A DNA stretch of 64,000 nucleotides, taken from positions 80,450-144,449 of the forward strand of contig JAOPTX010000023.1 of assembly GCA_051532055.1 (NCBI GenBank), given 5' to 3'. Under the pieces are notes generated by a model that saw nothing but the letters and a program-made list of their open reading frames with translations, did no database searches and had not been told where the DNA came from. Position 1 is the stretch's first letter, and the number at the start of each line of letters is the position of its first letter. The translations under genes were made by a program, and so were the position numbers. This document shows positions 49,578-58,241 of the stretch, piece by piece. The DNA comes from Fibrobacterales bacterium (GTDB lineage Bacteria; Fibrobacterota; Fibrobacteria; Fibrobacterales; JAOPTW01).

Positions 49578-49755
49578 ATTCCCCCCATAAGGTACCTTAG
49601 TATTAATATACCGGATATTCACATAACAGAGTATCAAATGTTTGATGAAGCTCATATTGGAAAAATATTGTAAATAAATATAAAAGAACTAATGCACTAT
49701 AATTCAATCAGTTATAGAGCCTGACCGTATACCCAAATATTTTTCTTGACACAAA

Positions 49756-50268
49756 TTACTCAATCATTGGAATTATGATAATAATACTTTGTGTATCTTT
49801 TCCTAGGTTCTGCTCTGTAAAAAACTCTATCGACTCATCTGCAATATCAAATCCTTGTGATACAATCCACTCTATCATGCTCTTGTATGTTGTGTGAATT
49901 GAAGAATATTTTCCTGTATGAATAGCCTTAAAGTAGCTCCCCTCAGGAATAAATGTATGAATCAAGGGTTCATCAATGGCGCACTGAGAGACCACTGTAT
50001 AGCCAAAATTAAAGCACTGTTTCTTAAAGAGGTATTTAACTCCTCCCCATATTGACTTTTTAGTTACATATTCAGACCACTTTTGTTTAAAGCGACGTAC
50101 AAAAGGTAGGTAGATGGGTTTAATTCCTGAGTTATTTATGACCATTTTAACTTCACTAAAATGGCCTTCTAACAATCCAGAAACCTGAGACTCTCTGGCT
50201 ATATAGGGAAGTTCTATCGTCATTGCATCTTTTCTATTGATTACCGTAACATTATTCAGCATGGCCAC
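49756..50268 (-). CDS. GyrI-like effector-binding domain protein
   Basis: IPEGSY.KAIH.G.YS.I..TY..M.EWI...G..I...SIE.F. Confidence 0.8.
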   Translation of the reverse strand: MAMLNNVTVINRKDAMTIELPYIARESQVSGLLEGHFSEVKMVINNSGIKPIYLPFVRRFKQKWSEYVTKKSIWGGVKYLFKKQCFNFGYTVVSQCAIDEPLIHTFIPEGSYFKAIHTGKYSSIHTTYKSMIEWIVSQGFDIADESIEFFTEQNLGKDTQSIIIIIPMIE

Positions 50269-50306
50269 TCCTGTGTCTCATTTAGCAAAAAAAATATAGA
50301 AAAGGG

Positions 50307-50332
50307 AAAAGCCTCTGAGTTTTCAGAGGCTT
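50307..50332 (-). terminator. Intrinsic terminator after the fibro-slime gene
   Basis: Minus strand GCCTCTGA-AAAC-TCAGAGGC-TTTT. Confidence 0.82.
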
Positions 50333-50372
50333 ATAAATGACTAATAATCGTTAAGTTACAGTAGAGTTGTAA

Positions 50373-52160
50373 TTACTTTGAAACCCCTGCGATCAAACAA
50401 GGCATGTTCATTGAAATAATCGCCTGAGACCCACCTCGAGCTCTTTCTGCTATGAAAAAATCAAGTGTTACAATTTGCCCAGTGGTAAGACCTAATTTAT
50501 CTCCTTCTGCCTTAAGATTGAATATATCCCCTTGAGGCTCATGTTTTCCACCTAAATCAAGTACAAGATGTCCATCTAAAAAGACAAATACATCATCATC
50601 CCCAGAGAAATTAAACGTTTGATTTTCAGCACCTTCCCGGATGTAAATAAACTCCCTGTGCAAATGGAGTGCGAAGCCATAATTTCTCTCAGCATTTTCC
50701 CCGCAAGTCACATTTATTCGGTCATTTACATTACCATTTGGATCTGGAATAGTCAATCCAGGAATCACTCCACCTTGACATTCTCTACACTCCAACCCAG
50801 TATTACCACCTGTACCTTCAGCACAACTCCCTGGAATCGGGAAAAACCCTTGTGCATGAGTATTATAGGTATATACATTATTCCCTTTATGCTCAAAAGT
50901 AAGGGTTTCGCTATACGTTTCAATAGACCCATTTACAGGGCTATCGGGGTTCCACCATTTATCAATATCTTCAGCATCACAATTAGATAACATATCTGAT
51001 TGGGTATTTGGAGCTGGATACCCATCAACTAATTCATCCTGGACCAATCCTTTAGTAATTTGATTAGGGCATTTTGCAGAATTAGTAAAGGCACTTACTT
51101 CTGGATAATCTATGATCGTTACATCGAACTTCACTGTTGTAGGAGCTACATAATCTTCTGGTAAACAACTGAAACTTGTAGTATTACAATAGAGGGTACA
51201 GCCTGGGTCATCACAGTTAGCGAGACCATCTCCATCATTATCTACCGGCTCATCATTTTTAGTATCTCTACACGTTGCCTCAGTTTCTTCTAAGCACATT
51301 GAAAATCTAGTGTTACAGTCTGAATCCTCGCAATCCTCTAATCCGTCTCCGTCATTATCTCTTCCATCAGAACAACTCGCGAAAGTATTTTCAACATCAC
51401 CTGCAGGTTGACACTCAGGAGCAAAGCTACAATCTATGTCCGTACAATCCGTATCACCATCATTATCATTATCTTTATCATCATCACACTGAAGTTCAGG
51501 TTGGCAAACTATTAAGCTCGAACACCCTGGGTCTGCACAATCCTTCTTTCCATCATCATCATTATCTTCTCCATCACTACAAGCCCCTAAAGAGTTCTCG
51601 AGGCAAAAACTAAATTTACTACACCCTGGATCATCACAGTTAAAATAGCCATCGTCATCATTGTCAATTGGGTCACCATTTTCATCTAGGTCTTTACAGT
51701 TTTCTTCCGTATTTTCAATACAGTGCTCAAATCGAGAACAGCTCGGGTCATTACAATCAGTGACTCCATTACGATCATTATCTGCACCATCTGTACACAT
51801 TTCATAGGTGTCTTCTTTTGCAACTAAAAAACAACCTGGGGTATATTTACAATCAGTATCATCACAGTCTACATATGAATCGTTATCATTATCAACGCCA
51901 TCAGAACAATGTAACTCTGGAGTACAAACTGATAATCTCTGGCAGTCTAAATCTTTACAGTCAGTATCCCCATCATCATCATTGTCAATTTTATCAACAC
52001 ATTCAATCAATCCACCTTCACTATTTGCAATATCGGTGTCTATTTCCAGATTTAAATAGTCCCTATTATCAGACCAACACCCTAATAAAAAATGAGATAT
52101 AAACAGTATACATATTATGAAAATTTTTCTTATTGTCATACGTTCCCCAACTATTTCCAA
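50373..52160 (-). CDS. Lipoprotein with 8 Cys/Asp-rich repeats and a fibro-slime (PA14-like) domain
   Basis: LLG-C lipobox. C.D..DND.DG..DC.D..C repeats. C-terminal GFFP, NYGF, F.F.GDDDVFVFLDG.LVLDLGG.H, LDFF.AER. Confidence 0.88.
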   Translation of the reverse strand: MEIVGERMTIRKIFIICILFISHFLLGCWSDNRDYLNLEIDTDIANSEGGLIECVDKIDNDDDGDTDCKDLDCQRLSVCTPELHCSDGVDNDNDSYVDCDDTDCKYTPGCFLVAKEDTYEMCTDGADNDRNGVTDCNDPSCSRFEHCIENTEENCKDLDENGDPIDNDDDGYFNCDDPGCSKFSFCLENSLGACSDGEDNDDDGKKDCADPGCSSLIVCQPELQCDDDKDNDNDGDTDCTDIDCSFAPECQPAGDVENTFASCSDGRDNDGDGLEDCEDSDCNTRFSMCLEETEATCRDTKNDEPVDNDGDGLANCDDPGCTLYCNTTSFSCLPEDYVAPTTVKFDVTIIDYPEVSAFTNSAKCPNQITKGLVQDELVDGYPAPNTQSDMLSNCDAEDIDKWWNPDSPVNGSIETYSETLTFEHKGNNVYTYNTHAQGFFPIPGSCAEGTGGNTGLECRECQGGVIPGLTIPDPNGNVNDRINVTCGENAERNYGFALHLHREFIYIREGAENQTFNFSGDDDVFVFLDGHLVLDLGGKHEPQGDIFNLKAEGDKLGLTTGQIVTLDFFIAERARGGSQAIISMNMPCLIAGVSK

Positions 52161-52360
52161 ATTCCACTTCTTAAGACTACAAATAAGATAGTGTTTGTTT
52201 CAATATATGTTTATCACTATAAATCACAAATTTACTCTCTTATTATATCAACTTTTAACACTTTGCTGTTCAATAATTGTTGCCATCCCAAATTATTTAA
52301 CCAAGCTATAATTGAGAATAACTAATAATTTCAAGAGAGCATTTGTTTTTTGTTTAGAAC

Positions 52361-52388
52361 AAAAAAGGGACCTGCTAATGCAGGCCCC
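52361..52388 (-). terminator. Intrinsic terminator closing the four-gene motor-like operon
   Basis: Minus strand GGGGCCTGC-ATTA-GCAGGTCCC-TTTTTT. Confidence 0.85.
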
Positions 52389-52411
52389 CTTCTAAGAATG
52401 TAATAAGTATC

Positions 52412-54643
52412 TTAGTGACTTACTCTACCAAAATAGAGATTTAATCCACCTCGTATTGCCGGTGCAACTTCACCATTATTACTCACTGTCAAGCCAAGAC
52501 GCACATGAGCGTCAGCAATAAACCCAGGAATATTAAAAATCCCTTTACCGCCAAGAGCAATATTGTGCTCACTGATATCACTTGAATATACATGATCTTC
52601 ATACCAGTAGATTGGTGCAGCCCATACAGAAACGTTACCATTTACAGCATTAAGCATTTTAAACCATGTTTGAAATTCAATCAGTAATACATCGTTATTT
52701 TCATTAGCATAGTTATCAAATGCTTCACCAATGCCAGGGTGATACTCAGCAATTGAATCTAGGTACTCAGGAATAGTTGTTCCGCCTGGACCAGAGTTAT
52801 TCACCATTTGCTCAATTTTAGTATTAACAGAGTCTCTACCAAATTTGAACTTTTTAACATTTTCTGAATCATAATTTACAATAGCTTGATTTGCAAAATA
52901 TTGAACCTTGTACTCTACAACCAAGTCACTATTATGATATGCATTATACTGACCATCAATTCTAAGAAAATAGCCACCAAACATAACACCATCATCTGCC
53001 CAAAGTTTCATACCACCTTCAACAAAAAGAGTATTTCCTTCTGCCTCTTGTGCCTCACCTGTTGCATTAAGACCAGCAATGAGAAATGGAATATCCATTA
53101 AGCTAATATTTTTGCCAATTCCTTTAATGAGGTTAGGAACATTCTCAGTTGAATTAGGAAAGTAAAAGCCAATGCGAGAACTACCATTTCTGTAATAAAG
53201 ATGCTCTGCAGTTACATTATTAGCTAAGTGCTGAACAGTTAACCCACCGCCATGCCAATTGGATTTAGTACCAAGAACTTTATATGATACAAGTTGAGTC
53301 GCTTTGTTGCCCTGATCATCTTCAGCTTCAAATACTAATCCGTATGAGCCAGCAAGGTCAGTATTCAATTTAAAATGCTTCTTGTCTTTATCAACAAGGT
53401 CATTATTCATATCATACATTTTGTATTTAACTCTCTGACTAGGACCTACCGCTACTGGCTTATAGTATGCAGCTTGCCCAACCTGAAGTTTATTAGAAGA
53501 AAGCGCTGATCTAAATGACAATGACGCAGATTCATCAAAGCAGATTTCTCTTTCAGCTGATCCACCAATAGGGTCTTTCGCCCGAACAGAGAAACATTTC
53601 TTCTCAAGCTCTTTCATCTGAGCTTTAGAGAGTCCAGATTTCAAAGTAAATCTGAATGTTTCTTTATTAAACTTAATCCCTTTTGGAACATCAATAGCTT
53701 TTACTTTAAGCGAATTAAGCAAGTGGTCAGGGTCAGTAATAACAGGAGTATATTCCCAAACTGAACCTTTTGCAACTATACTTTCTGGATTACCGATAAT
53801 CTTTGGATCTTCATTATTTTTAATAGTGAGATAAAAAGATTGTTTATCAATACGACCAAATTTGTTTTTTGCTTCTAACTTAAGCTTGTATACACCCGCT
53901 TTTTTGGGCTTACCACTGATAGTATGTTTCCCTGAACTCCAAGATAAACCTTTTGGTAGTTTAGATTTAAGCGAATACTTAATCTCTCTACCTGGATTAT
54001 CAACATCCACTGCCCATACTTGATGTTCAAACTTTTGTCCTTTAAAAGCAATCTCTTTATTGAGAGTTACAATTTCTGGTGATCCTTTCTTTTTACGCTT
54101 AGGAGCAGAAGAAGTCTTAAAAATAAGCTTTTTAAGCAGTTCTTCTGGCGCCATAAGAACCATATTTGCACCTTCAAACCTAAGAATGAGCTCAAGAGCA
54201 GTAGGTGTGTATTTAAAGCGGTCTTCCATAGTACTCAAAAATGCAGCACCAAGAGTATACGCTTTTCTTTCAATACCTATAGCCTGATCTTCACGAGCAG
54301 CCCAAGTATTTGAACGAGCTTTTGCCTTTACTTGAATAACAGGAGCATTTTTAAGGAGTTTTAGAACACCAGTAGCCTTCATCGTTTGCCAAACTTCAGC
54401 ATCAATAAGCATCACTTTATCGTCAAAACGGATCATATCGCCAATAGCAATACCTCGTTTAATATTACCGACTAAAAAGAGAGGCTCACCACTTGCATTA
54501 AAACGTGAGGCAAATTTTTTCTGAACTTTTTTATCATAAATACGAGAGAGACCAACATGATTAAGTGGCTCATCGTATCGTGCAATTGCTGAGCTAAAAA
54601 ATAGCCCAACAATAATTAATATTAGTGTAAAATATTTATTCAA
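52412..54643 (-). CDS. Exported protein with Lys-rich putative Ig (He_PIG/cadherin-like) domains and a probable C-terminal beta-barrel
   Basis: Signal peptide (SAIA-R). AVDVD..IKYSL..LPKGLSW....TISG.P..AG.Y, TDPD..VPKGIKFN. C-terminal amphipathic strands ending GGLNLYFG. Confidence 0.7.
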   Translation of the reverse strand: MNKYFTLILIIVGLFFSSAIARYDEPLNHVGLSRIYDKKVQKKFASRFNASGEPLFLVGNIKRGIAIGDMIRFDDKVMLIDAEVWQTMKATGVLKLLKNAPVIQVKAKARSNTWAAREDQAIGIERKAYTLGAAFLSTMEDRFKYTPTALELILRFEGANMVLMAPEELLKKLIFKTSSAPKRKKKGSPEIVTLNKEIAFKGQKFEHQVWAVDVDNPGREIKYSLKSKLPKGLSWSSGKHTISGKPKKAGVYKLKLEAKNKFGRIDKQSFYLTIKNNEDPKIIGNPESIVAKGSVWEYTPVITDPDHLLNSLKVKAIDVPKGIKFNKETFRFTLKSGLSKAQMKELEKKCFSVRAKDPIGGSAEREICFDESASLSFRSALSSNKLQVGQAAYYKPVAVGPSQRVKYKMYDMNNDLVDKDKKHFKLNTDLAGSYGLVFEAEDDQGNKATQLVSYKVLGTKSNWHGGGLTVQHLANNVTAEHLYYRNGSSRIGFYFPNSTENVPNLIKGIGKNISLMDIPFLIAGLNATGEAQEAEGNTLFVEGGMKLWADDGVMFGGYFLRIDGQYNAYHNSDLVVEYKVQYFANQAIVNYDSENVKKFKFGRDSVNTKIEQMVNNSGPGGTTIPEYLDSIAEYHPGIGEAFDNYANENNDVLLIEFQTWFKMLNAVNGNVSVWAAPIYWYEDHVYSSDISEHNIALGGKGIFNIPGFIADAHVRLGLTVSNNGEVAPAIRGGLNLYFGRVSH

Positions 54644-54650
54644 CTAATCC

Positions 54651-55232
54651 TCACTTTTTAGGGTTGGGTTTCGCTTTACGGTTTATAATGCCGCGCTCTG
54701 CTTTAACCCATTTCTCATAACCTTTAGTCTGTTTAATCAGTTCTGGATTATCACCGTATGCAACTTCATCATTCAGTGTAAACCAGCTCTTCTCTTGACG
54801 ACTCCAGACAATTTTCCCAAAACGGTAACTGACTGAAGGCGAGAGTTCCTGACTATAAATTACAGTATATGACTTTTTATCTTTGTCGTGTATAATAACA
54901 GTAACGTTACTATCAGCATCAATTGACTCAAGATATATTGTTTTTTTAGCGCTTTTAGAAATGAGGTTAGTATTTCCTTCAAGATCGAAAGAGTCATAAT
55001 ATTTTTCTAACGACTCTTGTCCATCTGCAGGAAGTTCTGCTTTTTCTATATGCTTATATATTTTTTCCCAAAATGGGTTCTTGAGGGCCTCATCGAGATT
55101 CATTCTATCCAACTGTATCAGCGGGACAAAGAGAACCACGAAGAGTACGAACACAACAACCATTATCGATAGAGCATCTTCTAACGATATTGCTGCGCCC
55201 ATATCCTCTTCTAGTTTTACTCTTCTTGCCAT
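54651..55232 (-). CDS. Bitopic MotB/ExbD/ZorB-like protein with an unrecognised periplasmic domain
   Basis: Short charged N-terminus and TM ISLEDALSIMVVVFVLFVVLFVP with Asp at the channel position. Lies 2 nt after the MotA-like gene. No OmpA motifs. Confidence 0.65.
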   Translation of the reverse strand: MARRVKLEEDMGAAISLEDALSIMVVVFVLFVVLFVPLIQLDRMNLDEALKNPFWEKIYKHIEKAELPADGQESLEKYYDSFDLEGNTNLISKSAKKTIYLESIDADSNVTVIIHDKDKKSYTVIYSQELSPSVSYRFGKIVWSRQEKSWFTLNDEVAYGDNPELIKQTKGYEKWVKAERGIINRKAKPNPKK

Positions 55233-55234
55233 TA

Positions 55235-56596
55235 TTAAGCCTCAGGTTTAAGATGTGTAGGTACGTTAACGTTACCCTGTGCCTGTAAGAATGAACGATA
55301 TTGTCTTTCGTATGCAGCAAGCTCTTCGACTCTTTCGCCAAATGCTTTCTGGATTGGTACCAGTTTTTCCATTTGTTGGCCAGACTCTTGAACAGAAGAT
55401 CCAAGTTCAGAAACATTTTTAGTAACATTCCCTTGCATATCGGTAATTTTTGCTTGGTTTGCAGATATCTGAGTTGCAGTTTCAGTTTGAAAGTCAATAA
55501 CTTTACCACGGATTTCACCCTGAATTTGAGCAAATTGTGAAGTAGTCTCTTTCTGGAAAGTCTGCATTTCTGTCGATTGTTGTTTTTGGAGCACAAGCAT
55601 TTCATCAAGAAATTGTTTTTTAAGTGCAAGCATCTCTTCTTGGAATTTACGTTGAAGCGCAAGTTCTTTATCCATTTCTTCGTTGCCAATTTTAAGCTCG
55701 TTAATCCATGGGATTAGCTCAATAAGACACCATTCATCAACATTGTTATTTACCATTTCAAAATCTGCATACATATTTTTGAATGCTTGAATTGTAAGAA
55801 GCTCAATAAATACTGAGAATGCTGTTGCAAGAAGTGTTGTAAGGATCGCATATGCATCACCATCAATCGCATTTGCAATTTTCATAACAAAGCTACCTTC
55901 TTCACCAGCGATATTCAGAGATTGAATCGCAGATTTCATAGGAGGGAATGTCATAGCAAGACCAATCAATGTACCAATAAACCCTAATTTCAACATCGTA
56001 CGGTTAATAGCAACGTGACCATTTACATCTTTATCGACACCTTCTGCACGGCGAAGAGCTGCATTATCCATCATTGTAGAAAACTGATCAGACTCACCTT
56101 GTTGACCAAGTTCTAACCAACGAACAACTACATCTCTAAGGTGACCATCTTCGTGACCAAGTAGTTTTTCTTTGATAGCACCAATTGATGAACGCCCAGG
56201 CATTGATCGAAGAGTTGCTAAAAGAGATGCAACTTTATCAGCACCACGTGAAACTTTTTTAAGACTAAAAATTGCTTTAACTTGAGCCCATGTAAATACA
56301 AGGAAAATAGCAAGGAGGAATGGGTCCGTTATCCATGTTACACCAGGAATAGACTCAATTACTTTTTCACCATCAATCATTTTTACTTCTTCATGACCAA
56401 AGGTAATGAAGTCTAAAAAGCCGCCAACACCGAGTTGTGAAGGGTGGCCATTAGATATATAATCAACTACATACATGATTATTAATCCAAGGGGAATCAT
56501 GATAATAGGAATAACCTGATTTTTTGCTGATGTTTTACGTACGCTTTCGGCTCTATTTGCTGCTGCGTCTAGTGGTTTAATTATTTGATCGCTCAT
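55235..56596 (-). CDS. MotA/TolQ/ExbB-family channel subunit with a long C-terminal coiled-coil tail
   Basis: LGFIGTLIGLAMTF and YAILTTLLATAFSVF channel helices, two upstream hydrophobic segments, about 150-aa Q/E-rich tail. Confidence 0.82.
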   Translation of the reverse strand: MSDQIIKPLDAAANRAESVRKTSAKNQVIPIIMIPLGLIIMYVVDYISNGHPSQLGVGGFLDFITFGHEEVKMIDGEKVIESIPGVTWITDPFLLAIFLVFTWAQVKAIFSLKKVSRGADKVASLLATLRSMPGRSSIGAIKEKLLGHEDGHLRDVVVRWLELGQQGESDQFSTMMDNAALRRAEGVDKDVNGHVAINRTMLKLGFIGTLIGLAMTFPPMKSAIQSLNIAGEEGSFVMKIANAIDGDAYAILTTLLATAFSVFIELLTIQAFKNMYADFEMVNNNVDEWCLIELIPWINELKIGNEEMDKELALQRKFQEEMLALKKQFLDEMLVLQKQQSTEMQTFQKETTSQFAQIQGEIRGKVIDFQTETATQISANQAKITDMQGNVTKNVSELGSSVQESGQQMEKLVPIQKAFGERVEELAAYERQYRSFLQAQGNVNVPTHLKPEA

Positions 56597-56626
56597 TATT
56601 ACTTGTATCCTTTTTTCTATATGAAA

Positions 56627-57931
56627 TTATTTTGCAAAATCGAAACGGAAAGTGGAACTGACACCCATTAAGAAACTTCTATTCAACTTATGAAAGTAAA
56701 GCTTAAGTGGTGACCACTTTACAACACCGGCATTCATTGATTTAAGATCGAACTCATACACGTCGACCCAAACACCAGGTACAAAAGTCATATCTCCATT
56801 TGATTTTTTAGAACTTATTACCCCCATTCCCCATTTTCCAACAAAGAGTTCTAGCTCATCGATATAGATTCTAAAGAGAGGACCAGTGTAGCTAGGTGAC
56901 CAAATACCCGCAGCATGGAGTACACCAAATTTTGCCGTTGCTGTCACTGTCAAAGGACTTCTATCTGTAGTCGTACCATTTGCTCCGTTAAAATAATCAA
57001 CAATCTGACCATCCATCTTATCTATGCGGCTTTGATAATCTTCATTCATATACTCTTCATATTCATCAGCGGTCATTTTATCAGATTGCACTAAATTATA
57101 TTGAAGTTTTTTATTTAAATCTTTGATATCATCATAACGCATTACTCCTGGTGGATCAAGTTCGTCATCTTTTGACCCAATTACAGCATCTTCTTCACCA
57201 AACTCTTCTTTAAGAATTTGATAATCCTTATAATTCCAATACACTTTGTCATTCTCTTGTAGCCAGTGATATTCTGGAAGATAATTCCCATCATACTCAG
57301 CTTCAATTTTAAGGAAAGGAGCCGCTACAATAGCGCGAGCTATCACAGGAAGAGATGAGCTTGGCCCATAACTATCATTTTCTTCTTTAATTTTATCGGG
57401 AAGTTTGCCCTGAACATATCCTTTATAACCTATCGCACCACCAGCGTAAAACATGCCGAATTTTTTAACAAATTCGATTTCTGTTTTAGCCTTAAACATG
57501 AGTGCACCTGAAAAGGCCGCTTCAAATCCAGGAGTTACAGTGATACCTTCTTTCCATGCACCAAGCTGAAGGATATTTTTAGCACTTGAAAAATGCTTAG
57601 CTAATACACTTTTTTTGCTGCTTCCTCCACCAGATGCCTCTACCTGTTGGAAAAGACTCGGGAATTTATCAAGGTACTCATTACTTTGAGCCTCTGTCAA
57701 TTCTGCAATCTGAGTGCCATTTAACATAACAATCAAGCGAAGAACTTCACCAGGTGCTTTAGATAGTTCGACATCGCCCTCCTCGAGGAGTGACTTGTCT
57801 ACGGTTACAAAACCGGATAGTGCTTCTAGTTGCAAGCCATCTTTAACTTTGGCTGCACTAAAGGCGGTATTTCCAGCTGCACTGAAAGACAGTGTAGCTA
57901 GAATACATAACGAAATAAGTATTCTTTTTAT
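56627..57931 (-). CDS. Exported, probably outer-membrane protein, with proposed non-canonical ATA start
   Basis: The frame extends 32 codons upstream of the track's TTG to ATA-KRILISLCILATLSFSA behind GGAGG. Amphipathic strands, C-terminus GVSSTFRFDFAK. Confidence 0.7.
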   Translation of the reverse strand: MKRILISLCILATLSFSAAGNTAFSAAKVKDGLQLEALSGFVTVDKSLLEEGDVELSKAPGEVLRLIVMLNGTQIAELTEAQSNEYLDKFPSLFQQVEASGGGSSKKSVLAKHFSSAKNILQLGAWKEGITVTPGFEAAFSGALMFKAKTEIEFVKKFGMFYAGGAIGYKGYVQGKLPDKIKEENDSYGPSSSLPVIARAIVAAPFLKIEAEYDGNYLPEYHWLQENDKVYWNYKDYQILKEEFGEEDAVIGSKDDELDPPGVMRYDDIKDLNKKLQYNLVQSDKMTADEYEEYMNEDYQSRIDKMDGQIVDYFNGANGTTTDRSPLTVTATAKFGVLHAAGIWSPSYTGPLFRIYIDELELFVGKWGMGVISSKKSNGDMTFVPGVWVDVYEFDLKSMNAGVVKWSPLKLYFHKLNRSFLMGVSSTFRFDFAK

Positions 57932-58241
57932 GATAATTCCTCCCCAGGATTATTGTTTTCTTAACAGTTACCCGTTTAGTATATATTCAAAATCCTGCAT
58001 TCAAAATTTTTTCTGTTTGTAAATTGTATTTTTACACTAGCACTCACATAAGACTAAAAAGGAGTTTCCTTAACAGTCTAAAAAGCTAGATAAATACCAG
58101 TCGCTAACTAATTTATATCATTTTGGATGATGTGTAACCAAAAAATCAGCAAACATCGATTTTAAACATAAGTTTACAGATCGTTTAATTATCACTAATT
58201 TTAAGTTGTAATGAATACAGAATTGAGGTGTCCCCTCAACA

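Noticed and set aside
54651..56596. Calling the pair a canonical Zorya anti-phage system
   Set aside because: No zorC/zorD/zorE-like helicase or nuclease genes are adjacent, the B subunit lacks an OmpA-like domain, and there is no defence-island context. It is reported only as ZorAB-like.
58051..58079. Hairpin AGACT..AAGG..CCTT..AGTCT as a riboswitch or sRNA upstream of the motor-like operon
   Set aside because: The stem is imperfect and AT-rich, and I recognised no aptamer motif. An Infernal/Rfam search would be needed.
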